Assembly (NCBI GenBank): GCA_013287645.1
Contig: JABDDJ010000004.1
Location: forward strand, 1,815 to 65,814
DNA from: Chlamydiota bacterium
Lineage (GTDB): Bacteria; Chlamydiota; Chlamydiia; Chlamydiales; JABDDJ01
DNA: 64,000 bases
Direction of reading: 5' to 3'
Both the position numbers and the translations under genes were made by a program. A model generated the notes under the pieces. The model was not told the origin of the DNA and did no database searches. It saw only the letters and a program-made list of their open reading frames with translations. Below, piece by piece: positions 28,758 to 38,033 of the stretch; the first letter of the stretch is position 1; each line of letters starts with the position of its first letter.

Positions 28758-30059
28758 TTAACCCTTCATTCTCAGCGTGTTTTCTGTCAAAAAAGCCATC
28801 GCTTTATTCTGAAGAATTTTACTATACAGCCGAGGAATGTCATTTTCATCCATCTTCTCAGGGCGGCCTTCAAGGACGACTTCTCTAATATGCTCTAGGT
28901 GCAGCTCCTGCTCGTTCACATGCAGATTATTATCATGCGCTACCTTCTGAGCGATTAAAAAGCGACGTAGGGCACGCTTCATCTCATCTTCGACAGAATT
29001 CTTAATCTCGGCAGATTTTTCCACAAAGGTCTCTTCCCAACCCTGTTCACGCTTCAAAGCGTCGATCTGTTTTTGAGCCATTTTTTTGGAGCTGCTTTCA
29101 TACATCGACTTAGGAACATCAAAATGGAGACGGTCGAGGAGAAAATTCTCCATTTGCGTCATTTTCTGCCTAAATTCCCACTCCTCTTTTTGGCGAAAAA
29201 GTCTATTTTTAATTTGAGCGCGTAGAGTCTCCTCGTTTTCGGCACCTACCTGCTTGAATAGCTCCTCATTCATGGGTGCTAACTCACCAGTACTAACTTC
29301 TAGCACTTTTAGGCGAGCTATATCATGGACATGGCCTGTATGGTCTTCTGCAGTACAATCGCCGATTTCACCTTCGGCAGAATCCCCTGCTTTTAGACCT
29401 TTAATCAAACGGTCAATCCATGGTGGTGTTTGGGATGCGCCTACTTGAAATACCCTGCCTTTAAACATCGGATAGGTTTTATTCTCGTGCAGCATTTCGG
29501 CATCGATCATCACAAAGTCGCCCTCTTGTGCTTCGCGATCATCTACAGGCTGGTAGGTAGCCTTCTCAAAACGCAGCTCATAAATTGCATCTTCGATCTC
29601 TTTATCGGTCACCTCAATCGCTTGACCTGTAGCAAAGGAGAACTCTTTTAGGTCAATTTCAGGAACATCAGGATGTGACTCAAACTCTAGATACAGTTCG
29701 GCTCCATCTTTCGAAATCTGGCGAATATCGACATTCCAAACACTTTTTTCGGTGCGGGGAAATACTTTAGCCAAGTCTAGCGCTTCCGAAAAAGTCGTTT
29801 TAGCTAATATGTTGCGCCACTCATCATTCACATGGTTGCCAAACTTCTGTTCGATAATCTGCGGTGGAGCATGCCCCTTGCGGAATCCTGGATAAGAAAA
29901 TTCTTTATTTACATTTTTCAGCGCTTTTTGATACGCAGCTTGAGTAGCTATGGGAGTTACAGTAATTTCCATAATAACTGTGCATCCAGGCTCACGACGC
30001 ATTTTTACAACAATATTATCCGATCGGAATTCTTTAGATTCTTGGGCTTGGTCCGTCAA
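28758..30059 (-). CDS. tig: Trigger factor
   Basis: PGFRKGHAP ribosome-binding motif and FKBP domain. Start is probably TTG 30059 with a GAGG RBS; the ORF-track extension runs through two tRNAs. Confidence 0.92.
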   Translation of the reverse strand: MTDQAQESKEFRSDNIVVKMRREPGCTVIMEITVTPIATQAAYQKALKNVNKEFSYPGFRKGHAPPQIIEQKFGNHVNDEWRNILAKTTFSEALDLAKVFPRTEKSVWNVDIRQISKDGAELYLEFESHPDVPEIDLKEFSFATGQAIEVTDKEIEDAIYELRFEKATYQPVDDREAQEGDFVMIDAEMLHENKTYPMFKGRVFQVGASQTPPWIDRLIKGLKAGDSAEGEIGDCTAEDHTGHVHDIARLKVLEVSTGELAPMNEELFKQVGAENEETLRAQIKNRLFRQKEEWEFRQKMTQMENFLLDRLHFDVPKSMYESSSKKMAQKQIDALKREQGWEETFVEKSAEIKNSVEDEMKRALRRFLIAQKVAHDNNLHVNEQELHLEHIREVVLEGRPEKMDENDIPRLYSKILQNKAMAFLTENTLRMKG

Positions 30060-30094
30060 GGGAATCCTCACTCTTTGGAGATGATTAATATGAA

Positions 30095-30166
30095 AGCGGG
30101 CGATGAGGCTTGAACTCACGACCCTCACGTTGGCAACGTGATGCTCTACCACTGAGCTACGCCCGC
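30095..30166 (-). tRNA. tRNA-Gly(GCC)
   Basis: GCGGGCGTAGCTCAGTGGTAGAGC...CACGT-TGCCAA-CGTG...GTTCAAG...CGCCCGCT cloverleaf. Confidence 0.97.
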
Positions 30167-30184
30167 AAGAAAAAAACTGTATTA

Positions 30185-30257
30185 AGCGGGCGATGAGTCT
30201 CGAACTCACGACATTTACCTTGGGAAGGTAACGCTCTACCAACTGAGCTACACCCGC
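30185..30257 (-). tRNA. tRNA-Gly(CCC)
   Basis: GCGGGTGTAGCTCAGTTGGTAGAGC-G-TTACC-TTCCCAA-GGTAA...GTTCGAG...CGCCCGCT. Confidence 0.96.
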
Positions 30258-30375
30258 ACTGCAGCAGTACAACTGCGCAATTTGAAAGATTACAATAGGC
30301 TTCCCTCAGATTTTTCGCAAGTACAAAAATTGAATCCCTTCTACAATAAGCTTAGAAGTACAAACTAAATAGAAA

Positions 30376-30453
30376 AATTAAACGCAAAGCCGCAAAGACG
30401 CAAAGATGATAAATTTTATTTTTTATGTTTTCTTTGCGGCTTTGCGTTTAATT
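30376..30453. repeat. REP-like palindrome, family A
   Basis: aattaaacgcaaagccgcaaagacgcaaag ... ctttgcggctttgcgtttaatt. Confidence 0.9.
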
Positions 30454-30462
30454 TTCTTTATT

Positions 30463-30678
30463 CTAAGGTACGCTATCAATACCCCCGGGATGCCATGGGC
30501 CACACTTTAGCAAACGCTTGCAGGTCAGCCACAGCCCGTAGAGAGCCCCATGCTTCGAAATAGCCTCTTTAGAGTAGTCAGAGCAGCTAGGATAAAAGCG
30601 ACAGCAGTTTCCTAGCAGCGGACTGATTGTCGCTTGGTAGAAAGCTAGCATCCAGAGCAAAATCCGCTTTACAACCAT
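30463..30678 (-). CDS. yidD: Membrane protein insertion efficiency factor
   Basis: [10 protein letters not shown]...[17 protein letters not shown]. Confidence 0.95.
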   Translation of the reverse strand: MVVKRILLWMLAFYQATISPLLGNCCRFYPSCSDYSKEAISKHGALYGLWLTCKRLLKCGPWHPGGIDSVP

Positions 30679-30679
30679 T

Positions 30680-31471
30680 CTACAACCATCCGAACACGTC
30701 CCTTGATAGAGTGAGCACTACTTCAATGATAATTAGCCAGATGATTGTCCACTCTAGCCTGCTCGAGTGTTGGTGATTGAGCTCATTGCCTAACATCTCG
30801 AATAGTTCGTGGACTAGACTAAGACGCTTATTTAGTACTTCAACCCGCTTTTGTAGCTCCTCGTCCGCAGCTACCTGCAGATAGAGAGGTTCCAGCTCAG
30901 GATAATCCCAAAAGAAGTCAGGCGACTCTAGCACATCTAAGCGCAGGTTGATAGAGCTGCGCACATTAAAGAGCTCACCCATCCTTTGACGTATCACACG
31001 CCGTGACAGACTGATGCGCCCATAGCGCGACAGCTCATCAGGAATCTGCCTCGTCATGTTATACGTATTCTGGATAGCAGTTTCGAAGGTCGCTAGCTTT
31101 ACGGACTGCGCCAATCCGTGCGATATGGATAGTTTAGTTAAAACTTCTGTATCAGGAAGAATAATCTGCCCATCGCGCACCTTTCCAACATCTCCGTAGC
31201 AAAATTCTGACTCGTCGATTTCAGGAGTAGCCAGACTATCCTCTTCAAAAGGTTTGACTATTAAGAGTAGTTCAGCCCCTTCCGCAGGGTCGAGACACCA
31301 TTGGACACACGCTCCGTACGAAAAGAAAAAGCAGTCAGCGCGCCCCTTTTTTCCAGGAAAATCTATATGGATCGCATCTTTATAAAACGTGGCTGGATAG
31401 CGTGAGCGTAAAAATTCAAAAAGCGGCTTCAACTTAAAAGAAGTTGCAGCACAGTAAGCGATACACTGCAT
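30680..31471 (-). CDS. RMD1/DUF155 family protein
   Basis: [19 protein letters not shown] and [11 protein letters not shown] motifs. Start trimmed to ATG 31471 because the extension overlaps tRNA-Leu. Confidence 0.88.
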   Translation of the reverse strand: MQCIAYCAATSFKLKPLFEFLRSRYPATFYKDAIHIDFPGKKGRADCFFFSYGACVQWCLDPAEGAELLLIVKPFEEDSLATPEIDESEFCYGDVGKVRDGQIILPDTEVLTKLSISHGLAQSVKLATFETAIQNTYNMTRQIPDELSRYGRISLSRRVIRQRMGELFNVRSSINLRLDVLESPDFFWDYPELEPLYLQVAADEELQKRVEVLNKRLSLVHELFEMLGNELNHQHSSRLEWTIIWLIIIEVVLTLSRDVFGWL

Positions 31472-31534
31472 GTTGTTCACACATATTTTGTTTTTTAATC
31501 TGGGTGGTGTATCGGGAAGAGTCTTAGAGTAGTT

Positions 31535-31618
31535 TGCGAAAGGGGGGACTTGAACCCCCACAAGGTTTCCCTCACTACCACCTCAAGGTAGCGCGTATAC
31601 CAATTCCGCCACTTTCGC
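31535..31618 (-). tRNA. tRNA-Leu(GAG)
   Basis: GCGAAAGTGGCGGAATTGGTATACGCG-CTACC-TTGAGGT-GGTAG, long variable arm, GTTCAAG. Confidence 0.96.
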
Positions 31619-31654
31619 ACAATCACGTGCGGAAATATAGCACTCTTGAGATTC

Positions 31655-32263
31655 TTATGCAAGACGTACTTCAAATAGTTGACGTATTTTGCATAAAAGT
31701 TGATCTGGCTGGCTGCAAAAAACAGCCTCTAGATCACTTCTACGCGTGCAATGCGCCAATAGGAAGCACGTATCCCATTCTTCCTTTTCGAACACCACTT
31801 CATCCGTTTTTTCGTCGATCCAAAGCCCTTCATGGCGAAGTAATTTTAGGTAGAAGCTGGTAGTTATTTTCCAGGAGACTTCACCTTGCTCCAGTCTACC
31901 CAAATAATTTTTTAACAGTGCGTAAATTAACGGAGCAGGCCTCTCCTTCAATTGCGACAGGTGAACTGCACGCAACAGCTCTATTCCTCCCTGGAGAGCA
32001 CTCAAACTCGACCGCAGACCTAAAAATCCCTCCATTAAACGACACTCCTGACAGTACCAAAGCTCGCCTCTACCCTCACGTAGAGTCATCTCCACTTCGT
32101 TTAAGGGAGTAATCACCGCATCTCCCCCTGCCGATTTAGCGTTTGAGCGCTTTACAAAGACATCCACAATTCCCCGTTCATCCGTAAAGAGTGTCGCTAT
32201 CTGCGCGTTATCCGAGTATGGAAGCGTTTTTACAAAAATTCCATGAATACTATTAAAGCTCAT
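31655..32263 (-). CDS. recO: DNA repair protein RecO
   Basis: N-terminal OB pattern GIFVKTLPYSD..IATLFT..G; C-terminal FYLKLLRHEG. Confidence 0.85.
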   Translation of the reverse strand: MSFNSIHGIFVKTLPYSDNAQIATLFTDERGIVDVFVKRSNAKSAGGDAVITPLNEVEMTLREGRGELWYCQECRLMEGFLGLRSSLSALQGGIELLRAVHLSQLKERPAPLIYALLKNYLGRLEQGEVSWKITTSFYLKLLRHEGLWIDEKTDEVVFEKEEWDTCFLLAHCTRRSDLEAVFCSQPDQLLCKIRQLFEVRLA

Positions 32264-32312
32264 TGAGAAAAATCTCCCGAATCCATTATCTTACTCGTTT
32301 AACTAATTCTCT

Positions 32313-32386
32313 GCACCGATAGCTCAATAGGATAGAGTACCCGGCTTCGAACCGGGTGGTTAGAGGTTCGAGCCCTCTTCGGTGCG
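32313..32386 (+). tRNA. tRNA-Arg(TCG)
   Basis: GCACCGATAGCTCAATAGGATAGAGTA-CCCGG-CTTCGAA-CCGGG...GTTCGAG...TCGGTGCG. Confidence 0.96.
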
Positions 32387-32480
32387 ATATTTCTTCACTC
32401 TCCTTGCCATTTATTTCTTACTCAGCAGATAATAAATGTGTGTTCCAGTATAAAAACTCTTTTAATCTTATGAGGAATCT

Positions 32481-33134
32481 ATGAGCCGCAAAGCAAAAGC
32501 TGCAGAGTTTGTAAACGAAAGTTATGACATTACTGTCACAGGGCGCCACGTGTTGATTACTGACGCCATGAAAAATTACGCCATAGAAAAAATCTCACGC
32601 ATAGACCGCCTTACCGACCGCATCTTAGAAGTCATTGTTACCATGGATATCCAGAAAATCGAACAACATGTCGATATCCTTCTTAAAGTAGACCACTTTA
32701 AAATTAGAAGCAGCGCCAGCAGCAACGACATGTATGTCTCTATTGACATGGCAGTCGATAAGTTAGAGAAGCAGCTCCTACGCTATAAAGACAAAATGCT
32801 TGACGAAAGACAGCGTGGTAGATCCCTAGGTGTAGTAGACATGAATGTCAACGTCCTAAAACCTGCTAGAGATAATGATCTCGTTGAGATTAACGAAGAT
32901 ATTGAATATGAAAACAGCCGCGAACTCGTAGAGAAATACAGCCCACACCGCATTGTCGCGCGTGAGGTACACTCTCTAAAAATGTTTAGCTACGACGAAG
33001 CCATCCTCCATATGGATCTCTCAGGAGACGCCTTCCTCATTTTTAAAACTATGGAAAATGAGCTCAAAGTCATTTATCGCCGCACCGATGGCAATTATGG
33101 AATCATAGAACCAGAAAATGTCTCAGGCCGATAA
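32481..33134 (+). CDS. hpf: Ribosome hibernation factor (long HPF/RaiA)
   Basis: ITVTGRH...DMYVSIDMAVDKLEKQL; C-terminal domain EAILHM...VIYRR.DGNYGIIEP. Confidence 0.93.
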   Translation: MSRKAKAAEFVNESYDITVTGRHVLITDAMKNYAIEKISRIDRLTDRILEVIVTMDIQKIEQHVDILLKVDHFKIRSSASSNDMYVSIDMAVDKLEKQLLRYKDKMLDERQRGRSLGVVDMNVNVLKPARDNDLVEINEDIEYENSRELVEKYSPHRIVAREVHSLKMFSYDEAILHMDLSGDAFLIFKTMENELKVIYRRTDGNYGIIEPENVSGR

Positions 33135-33549
33135 ACTTTTTTGCCTTGTAAGGCGCAGCTGGATTAAGGCAACTCCCGAGGAAAAACTGCGCCAGGCTGT
33201 CCTCCATTTTATGTTCGATAAAGGGAGTTATCCCAATGGACTTGTTGCCCTTGAGATGCTTCCCAGCAAAACATCGCCCCTAAGACGAGCAGATATCGTT
33301 AGCTACTGGAAAAATTCGACCGGAAGTATAGCGCCGCTCATCGTTGTAGAGTGTAAAGCCGAGAAACTCACTCCACAGGCCATTCTGCAGGCAGGAGGTT
33401 ATAATTACTATTTAGAAGCCCCCTTTATAGCACTCGCCTGCCCCCAAGAGAGCTTTTGGGGCTGGTTTGATCATTCAAAAAAATCCTATGCCTTCCAGCC
33501 AGGATTTCCAACATACCCACAATTACTCACACTCCTCAATCAAGCATGA
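33118..33549 (+). CDS. Stand-alone HsdR N-terminal-like PD-(D/E)xK domain protein
   Basis: TPEEKLRQ, RADIV, VVECKA and QAxxYN motifs. Confidence 0.8.
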   Translation: MSQADKLFCLVRRSWIKATPEEKLRQAVLHFMFDKGSYPNGLVALEMLPSKTSPLRRADIVSYWKNSTGSIAPLIVVECKAEKLTPQAILQAGGYNYYLEAPFIALACPQESFWGWFDHSKKSYAFQPGFPTYPQLLTLLNQA

Positions 33550-34226
33550 ACCCATTAAAAGATAAATCACACTATCCCATTACCGTAGACAGCGTCATTT
33601 TTGGTTATGCTGAAGGAAAGCTCTACGTCGCACTCATTGAACGGAAAATAGACCCCTTTAAGGGCATGTGGGCTATTCCAGGCGGATTTATGGAGGACGA
33701 TGAGACTGCAGAAGAGACAGCCCTACGCGAACTTCAGGAAGAGACCGGCTTAGAAAACATATTTCTAGAACAGTTTCATGTCTTTAGCGAGTTAGGGAGA
33801 GATCCTAGAGGACGCACTATCACAGTAGCGTTTTTTGCCTTAATCAATTCAGACAATTACCATTTAGTCGCCTCATCCGATGCAGCAGCAGCTAAGTGGT
33901 GGCCAACGTATCAGATACCCCCTCTAGCCTTTCAACAAGAGATCATTTATTCCAAAGCACTCAGCGCTCTCCGTCTTGCAATGAAAACAAGGCCCCTTGC
34001 ATTCGAATTGCTTCCAAAAGAGTTTACACTTACTCAACTACAACAACTCTATGAACAAGTGTACAATATAAAGATTGATACCAGAAATTTTCGCCGCAAG
34101 GTTGGTAAGATGGAATTTATCCGCGCTAGTGGGAAAAAGCAAGAGGGTGAAAAGCATCGCCCGGCGATGCTTTATCACTATGATCCAGCACTTTACAAAG
34201 AGTTTTCCAAAGAAAACTTCTTTTAG
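33546..34226 (+). CDS. nrtR: NrtR Nudix-related transcriptional regulator
   Basis: TVDSVIF, complete Nudix box GFMEDDETAEETALRELQEETGL, RDPRGR, C-terminal wHTH FTLTQLQQLYE..NFRRK..RPAMLY. Confidence 0.92.
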   Translation: MNPLKDKSHYPITVDSVIFGYAEGKLYVALIERKIDPFKGMWAIPGGFMEDDETAEETALRELQEETGLENIFLEQFHVFSELGRDPRGRTITVAFFALINSDNYHLVASSDAAAAKWWPTYQIPPLAFQQEIIYSKALSALRLAMKTRPLAFELLPKEFTLTQLQQLYEQVYNIKIDTRNFRRKVGKMEFIRASGKKQEGEKHRPAMLYHYDPALYKEFSKENFF

Positions 34227-34243
34227 TTGTAAAATAAAAATAC

Positions 34244-34678
34244 TTATTCATACCAATAATTTACTTCAAAAGGCCCTAAAACATCTTCTCCACGCATAAT
34301 ATAAACCAGGTAAAATTGGTTATACATGTTGATAGTAGTAGTATTATTTTCAAAATAAATAATATCACCAGGAAAAAAAACAAAGGCAACATACTGTGAA
34401 AGTTTGCTAGGATAACCCATCCAATTTGTAAACGTAAATGAACCTGATATAATAATTGTTTGCTTATCTGTAGTCTCCAAACGATACACCGCTTTCCCAT
34501 CCCCTGAACTCCAGCCAGAGTGATAACCATTTGGGCCCGTAACCATCCAACCAGGCTGAGTAACATGTCGTTCTAACTCTTTCACTTTAGAGATCTGTTT
34601 TAAGTCGTGCGCATCTGCATGCAACGAAAAACCAATGAAACATAGTGAACAAATAAAAATTTGGTATAAACAATGCAC
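34244..34678 (-). CDS. Small exported hypothetical protein
   Basis: Signal peptide ending ADA; 20 bp downstream of the phosphatase, so likely co-transcribed. Confidence 0.65.
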   Translation of the reverse strand: MHCLYQIFICSLCFIGFSLHADAHDLKQISKVKELERHVTQPGWMVTGPNGYHSGWSSGDGKAVYRLETTDKQTIIISGSFTFTNWMGYPSKLSQYVAFVFFPGDIIYFENNTTTINMYNQFYLVYIMRGEDVLGPFEVNYWYE

Positions 34679-34697
34679 TTTTTCTCCCTATTATTTT

Positions 34698-35378
34698 TTA
34701 GTTGTAAGTATCGTATACGATATCAGGTGAAGTCTCAACAAGAGTCAGATTTTCACCATCAAAAATATACTTTACATAGGCCATATTACTCATCGCAATA
34801 GATTCATGAATCGCGTCTGTGTGCATCGCAATAATCGCCTTTAAAATGCCGCTATGGCTTACAGCTACGATCGTGCCGCCGGCATGCTTTTTTGCTAGCG
34901 TAGATAACTCTTTTTCGGCATTAGCAGTGATTCTTTCAAGACTCATTAATCCCTCATAATCCCCTACTTTGCGTCTCTCTTCTTGCGACAAGGCATTCAA
35001 GCGTGAATCGATCAAGGCGTGCACGTTATCAGCATGCATACCTTCTAAGGGACCGAGGTGGTGCTCAATCAAGCCCATCCGAGGAATAGCTAATTTTTCA
35101 TGAGCAGCAGCAATGATTTGCGCAGTCAGATAGGCACGTTGTAAAGGGCTGGTGTAAATGGCCTCTACTTTCATGTCTTTAAAAAATTTAGCTTTTTCAG
35201 CAGCTTGTTGCACACCGTCGATATTTAAAGTTGTGTCGGTAGTTCCTTGCCATAATTTTTTAGCATTCCAATGGGTTTGGCCATGGCGCGTTAAATAAAC
35301 TGTAGTGGGTTCAGCTGCATAGCATACTTGAAATAACACTACGCATAGTAAGGTAAATATTAATTTATGAATTTTCAT
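34698..35378 (-). CDS. Exported histidine phosphatase (PGM/CobC-like)
   Basis: Signal peptide MKIHKLIFTLLCVVLFQVCYA; RHGQTHWN, SPLQRA and VSHSG motifs. Confidence 0.9.
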   Translation of the reverse strand: MKIHKLIFTLLCVVLFQVCYAAEPTTVYLTRHGQTHWNAKKLWQGTTDTTLNIDGVQQAAEKAKFFKDMKVEAIYTSPLQRAYLTAQIIAAAHEKLAIPRMGLIEHHLGPLEGMHADNVHALIDSRLNALSQEERRKVGDYEGLMSLERITANAEKELSTLAKKHAGGTIVAVSHSGILKAIIAMHTDAIHESIAMSNMAYVKYIFDGENLTLVETSPDIVYDTYN

Positions 35379-35399
35379 ACTTCTCCGATTTTGTGATAG

Positions 35400-35420
35400 T
35401 TATTGTTAATACGACAATAA
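35400..35420. promoter_or_regulatory. NrtR-type operator 1 (over the -10/start site of the phosphatase promoter)
   Basis: TTATTGT-taatacg-ACAATAA (GT-N7-AC core); minus-strand promoter TTGACA-N18-TATCTT at 35448-35419. Confidence 0.8.
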
Positions 35421-35467
35421 GATAGCATTTACCCGCTTTTTTTGTCAAATCCTCTCTTTTTCTTGAC

Positions 35468-35488
35468 TTATTGTCGCTTACACAATAT
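35468..35488. promoter_or_regulatory. NrtR-type operator 2 (in the spacer of the NTT promoter)
   Basis: TTATTGT-cgcttac-ACAATAT inside TTGACT-N17-TATCAT (35463-35491). Confidence 0.8.
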
Positions 35489-35497
35489 CATAAACCC

Positions 35498-36832
35498 ATG
35501 CAAGTTAACGAAAATCGTAAAAAACTCATTTCGATGCTGATCATTTTTTTTCTGCTCAGCTTCAACATGTCTCTTTTATGGAACTTAAAAGATTCTTTGA
35601 TCATCACGACTGCAGGTGCAGAAATCATTCCCTTCATCAAAGTATGGGTACTGCTGCCTGCTACACTCATTTTGACTTTTCTTTACACTTTTCTATCTAA
35701 TCGCCTCAGTCAAGAAAAAGTCTTTTATCTTCTAACCAGTTTCTTTTTGATTTTCTATGCCCTATTTATTACCCTACTCTACCCCTATCGCGATCAGCTC
35801 CATCCAGAGGATTCTGCAATCTATCTTGAAAATTTATTACCCACTGGCTTTAAAGGATTAATTTCAGTTTACCACTACTGGACGTTCACACTTTTCTATG
35901 TCATGTCAGAACTTTGGAGCACTATTCTCATCTATCTTCTCTTTTGGGGATTTGCTAACCAGATAACACAGATTAATGAAGCCAAGCGCTCTTATAGCTT
36001 GCTTAGCATAGCCTATAATATTACACCGATAGCCGCTGGAGGAATATCCCTAGCCATTGCAGAAGAGACTTGGGAGCCAACCTTTAACTTGTTGATGATT
36101 GTCATCATTGTCAGCGGACTACTCACAATGGTCACATTTCGCTGGATGCACAAAAATGTTCCCTTTACCAGAATTACGTTTGATAAAAAGATCTCACTCA
36201 CTGAAAGCTTCAAATGCATTACCAAATCAAAAGCGTTGATTTGCATTGCAGGCATAGTTTTGGGATATAATTTAGTCATTAATCTCACTGAAATCGTATG
36301 GAAAGACCAGTTAAAGAACTTATATCCACATACTTTAGATTATAATAACTATATAAGTTACCTACAGATAGCTCAAGGCGTGGTTGCTTTATTTATTTCA
36401 TTGATTCTGTCAAAACTGATCACTCAACACGGCTGGACAAAAACAGCATTAATAACACCTATACTGATGCTGCTACTATGCCTCTCTTTTTTTGGAACGC
36501 TCTTCCTTCAGTTCCCTCTAACGCTTGTTGTTATAATGGGCGCCATCCATAATTTTATGAGTAAAGCCAGTAAATATACCCTTTTTGATTGTACAAAAGA
36601 GATGGCCTTTATTCCATTTAGCCCTGAAACAAAGCATAAAGGCAAAATCGCGATTGATGGAGTAGGTTCACGTCTTGGTAAGTCAGGAGGCTCTTTTATA
36701 CATCAAAGCCTACTGATACTCTTAGCTTCAATTGGCGCCAGCGCTCCCTATGTCGCTGGAATTGTGCTTATAGTGCTTCTTATTTGGATTGCTTCTGTGT
36801 ATAGCTTAGGAAAGCTGATCAAAGTCGCTTAA
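35498..36832 (+). CDS. NTT/Npt (TLC family) nucleotide transporter
   Basis: KDSLIIT..GAEIIPFIKVWV, FYVMSELW, FWGFANQIT, EIVWK, KYTLFD.TKEMAFIP, GKIAIDGVGSRLGKSGG motifs; about 12 TM helices. Start ATG 35498. Confidence 0.93.
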   Translation: MQVNENRKKLISMLIIFFLLSFNMSLLWNLKDSLIITTAGAEIIPFIKVWVLLPATLILTFLYTFLSNRLSQEKVFYLLTSFFLIFYALFITLLYPYRDQLHPEDSAIYLENLLPTGFKGLISVYHYWTFTLFYVMSELWSTILIYLLFWGFANQITQINEAKRSYSLLSIAYNITPIAAGGISLAIAEETWEPTFNLLMIVIIVSGLLTMVTFRWMHKNVPFTRITFDKKISLTESFKCITKSKALICIAGIVLGYNLVINLTEIVWKDQLKNLYPHTLDYNNYISYLQIAQGVVALFISLILSKLITQHGWTKTALITPILMLLLCLSFFGTLFLQFPLTLVVIMGAIHNFMSKASKYTLFDCTKEMAFIPFSPETKHKGKIAIDGVGSRLGKSGGSFIHQSLLILLASIGASAPYVAGIVLIVLLIWIASVYSLGKLIKVA

Positions 36833-37933
36833 TTTTGCTTGAGAGATGTAGGTATTGTCAGGACCCGGAGTGAGAATTCCAGTATTTACTTTTTCTGCTA
36901 ATTTACCTTCATAAATTCCCTTAACACCGCTAGATCCCCAAGTAATCGGTTTAAAGGCATATTGAGAGACAAGTGCAAATGAATCATCTTCACGTTTCTC
37001 AATTGCTTTTAAAATAAAAGCACGAAAACTTAAGTAATCTACAACGTTAACATCGATATTAGATCTAAATTCGATTTTGTGTTGATCTGGCAGATAATCG
37101 AATTCAATTTTTTTACCTCCTGTATATTGTAAAGTAGTTTCAGGGGTAACTCTTTTAATTGCCAAATCCTTTGTGAATGTAATTTCGAAATGGTTCCCAT
37201 TTTTTGTAATACTTTGAATGTCTGCAGAAATGGGAGTTAATAATTTATTTAAGAATTCGGGTAAAATCTTATCTTCTTGTGGAAAATAGCCCAAGATATC
37301 GTTTAAATGTGTAGTATTAGCGCTTTCGGGAATTGTTGGTGCAGAGGATGTTTGAGGTACTTCTTCACTTAAAGCATCTTCATAGTCCGAATAATCATAA
37401 ACATCGTCAATATCTTGCTCTTCTTCTTTGGCCTTCTCTGGAACTTCTTCAGGCGGCTTAGTTTTTTCGGGCTCCACTATCAAAAAGGAATCTTCATGAA
37501 TGTCTTTTAAACGATTAATCCTATCCTCTATGGTGCTAAGCGCTTTTTCTCTTGAATGAACGAAGCCAAAACCCATTCCTCCAGTTAAACGTGATTTGTC
37601 AGCTAATTTTGATAATAGTTTTTTACCAAAGTAGAATGATGATTTATCGCCTTCAATCGCTTGTTTAGTTAGATCTTTGGATTCATTGATAGAGTCTTTT
37701 ATTTTATTTAATATCTCTTCAGCTTTTTTCAATTGAGCGGGAGACATCTCGTCCCTAGTTAATAGATCTAATCTTTGCACAAGGGCCTTTGCATAAATTT
37801 TTGTTACTGTGTTAGTTTTTTCATCTACATAAGTAAATTCTCTGGAATAGCTATTTCCAACTACCTTCATATTATTTACAATTTCAGATAGCTGATTTAA
37901 ATCACTATTATACACTGGATCGTTAATTTGCAT
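36806..37933 (-). CDS. Hypothetical protein, AT-rich, candidate secreted effector
   Basis: 375 aa with acidic/Pro linker, no recognised domain; 3' end overlaps the NTT 3' end by 27 bp. Confidence 0.65.
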   Translation of the reverse strand: MQINDPVYNSDLNQLSEIVNNMKVVGNSYSREFTYVDEKTNTVTKIYAKALVQRLDLLTRDEMSPAQLKKAEEILNKIKDSINESKDLTKQAIEGDKSSFYFGKKLLSKLADKSRLTGGMGFGFVHSREKALSTIEDRINRLKDIHEDSFLIVEPEKTKPPEEVPEKAKEEEQDIDDVYDYSDYEDALSEEVPQTSSAPTIPESANTTHLNDILGYFPQEDKILPEFLNKLLTPISADIQSITKNGNHFEITFTKDLAIKRVTPETTLQYTGGKKIEFDYLPDQHKIEFRSNIDVNVVDYLSFRAFILKAIEKREDDSFALVSQYAFKPITWGSSGVKGIYEGKLAEKVNTGILTPGPDNTYISQAKLSDFDQLS

Positions 37934-37989
37934 ATTAACACCACAATAATAACCTAATAAGGATTATACTACTTTACAATTAAAATAAA

Positions 37990-38012
37990 AATTAAACGCA
38001 AAGCGTTTAATT
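37990..38012. repeat. Collapsed family A element
   Basis: aattaaacgc-aaa-gcgtttaatt: both termini joined, interior lost. Confidence 0.7.
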
Positions 38013-38033
38013 TTTATTTTAAATTTACTTAAG

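Noticed and set aside
30060-30272. ORF-track N-terminal extension of trigger factor (504 aa)
   Set aside because: It reads through two tRNA-Gly genes; the real start is near TTG 30059.
31472-31863. RMD1 N-terminal extension and the 109-aa plus-strand ORF
   Set aside because: Both overlap tRNA-Leu (and recO); these are shadow translations.
33118-33549. Type I restriction-modification system
   Set aside because: Only a small HsdR-N-like domain; no helicase, methyltransferase or specificity subunit nearby.
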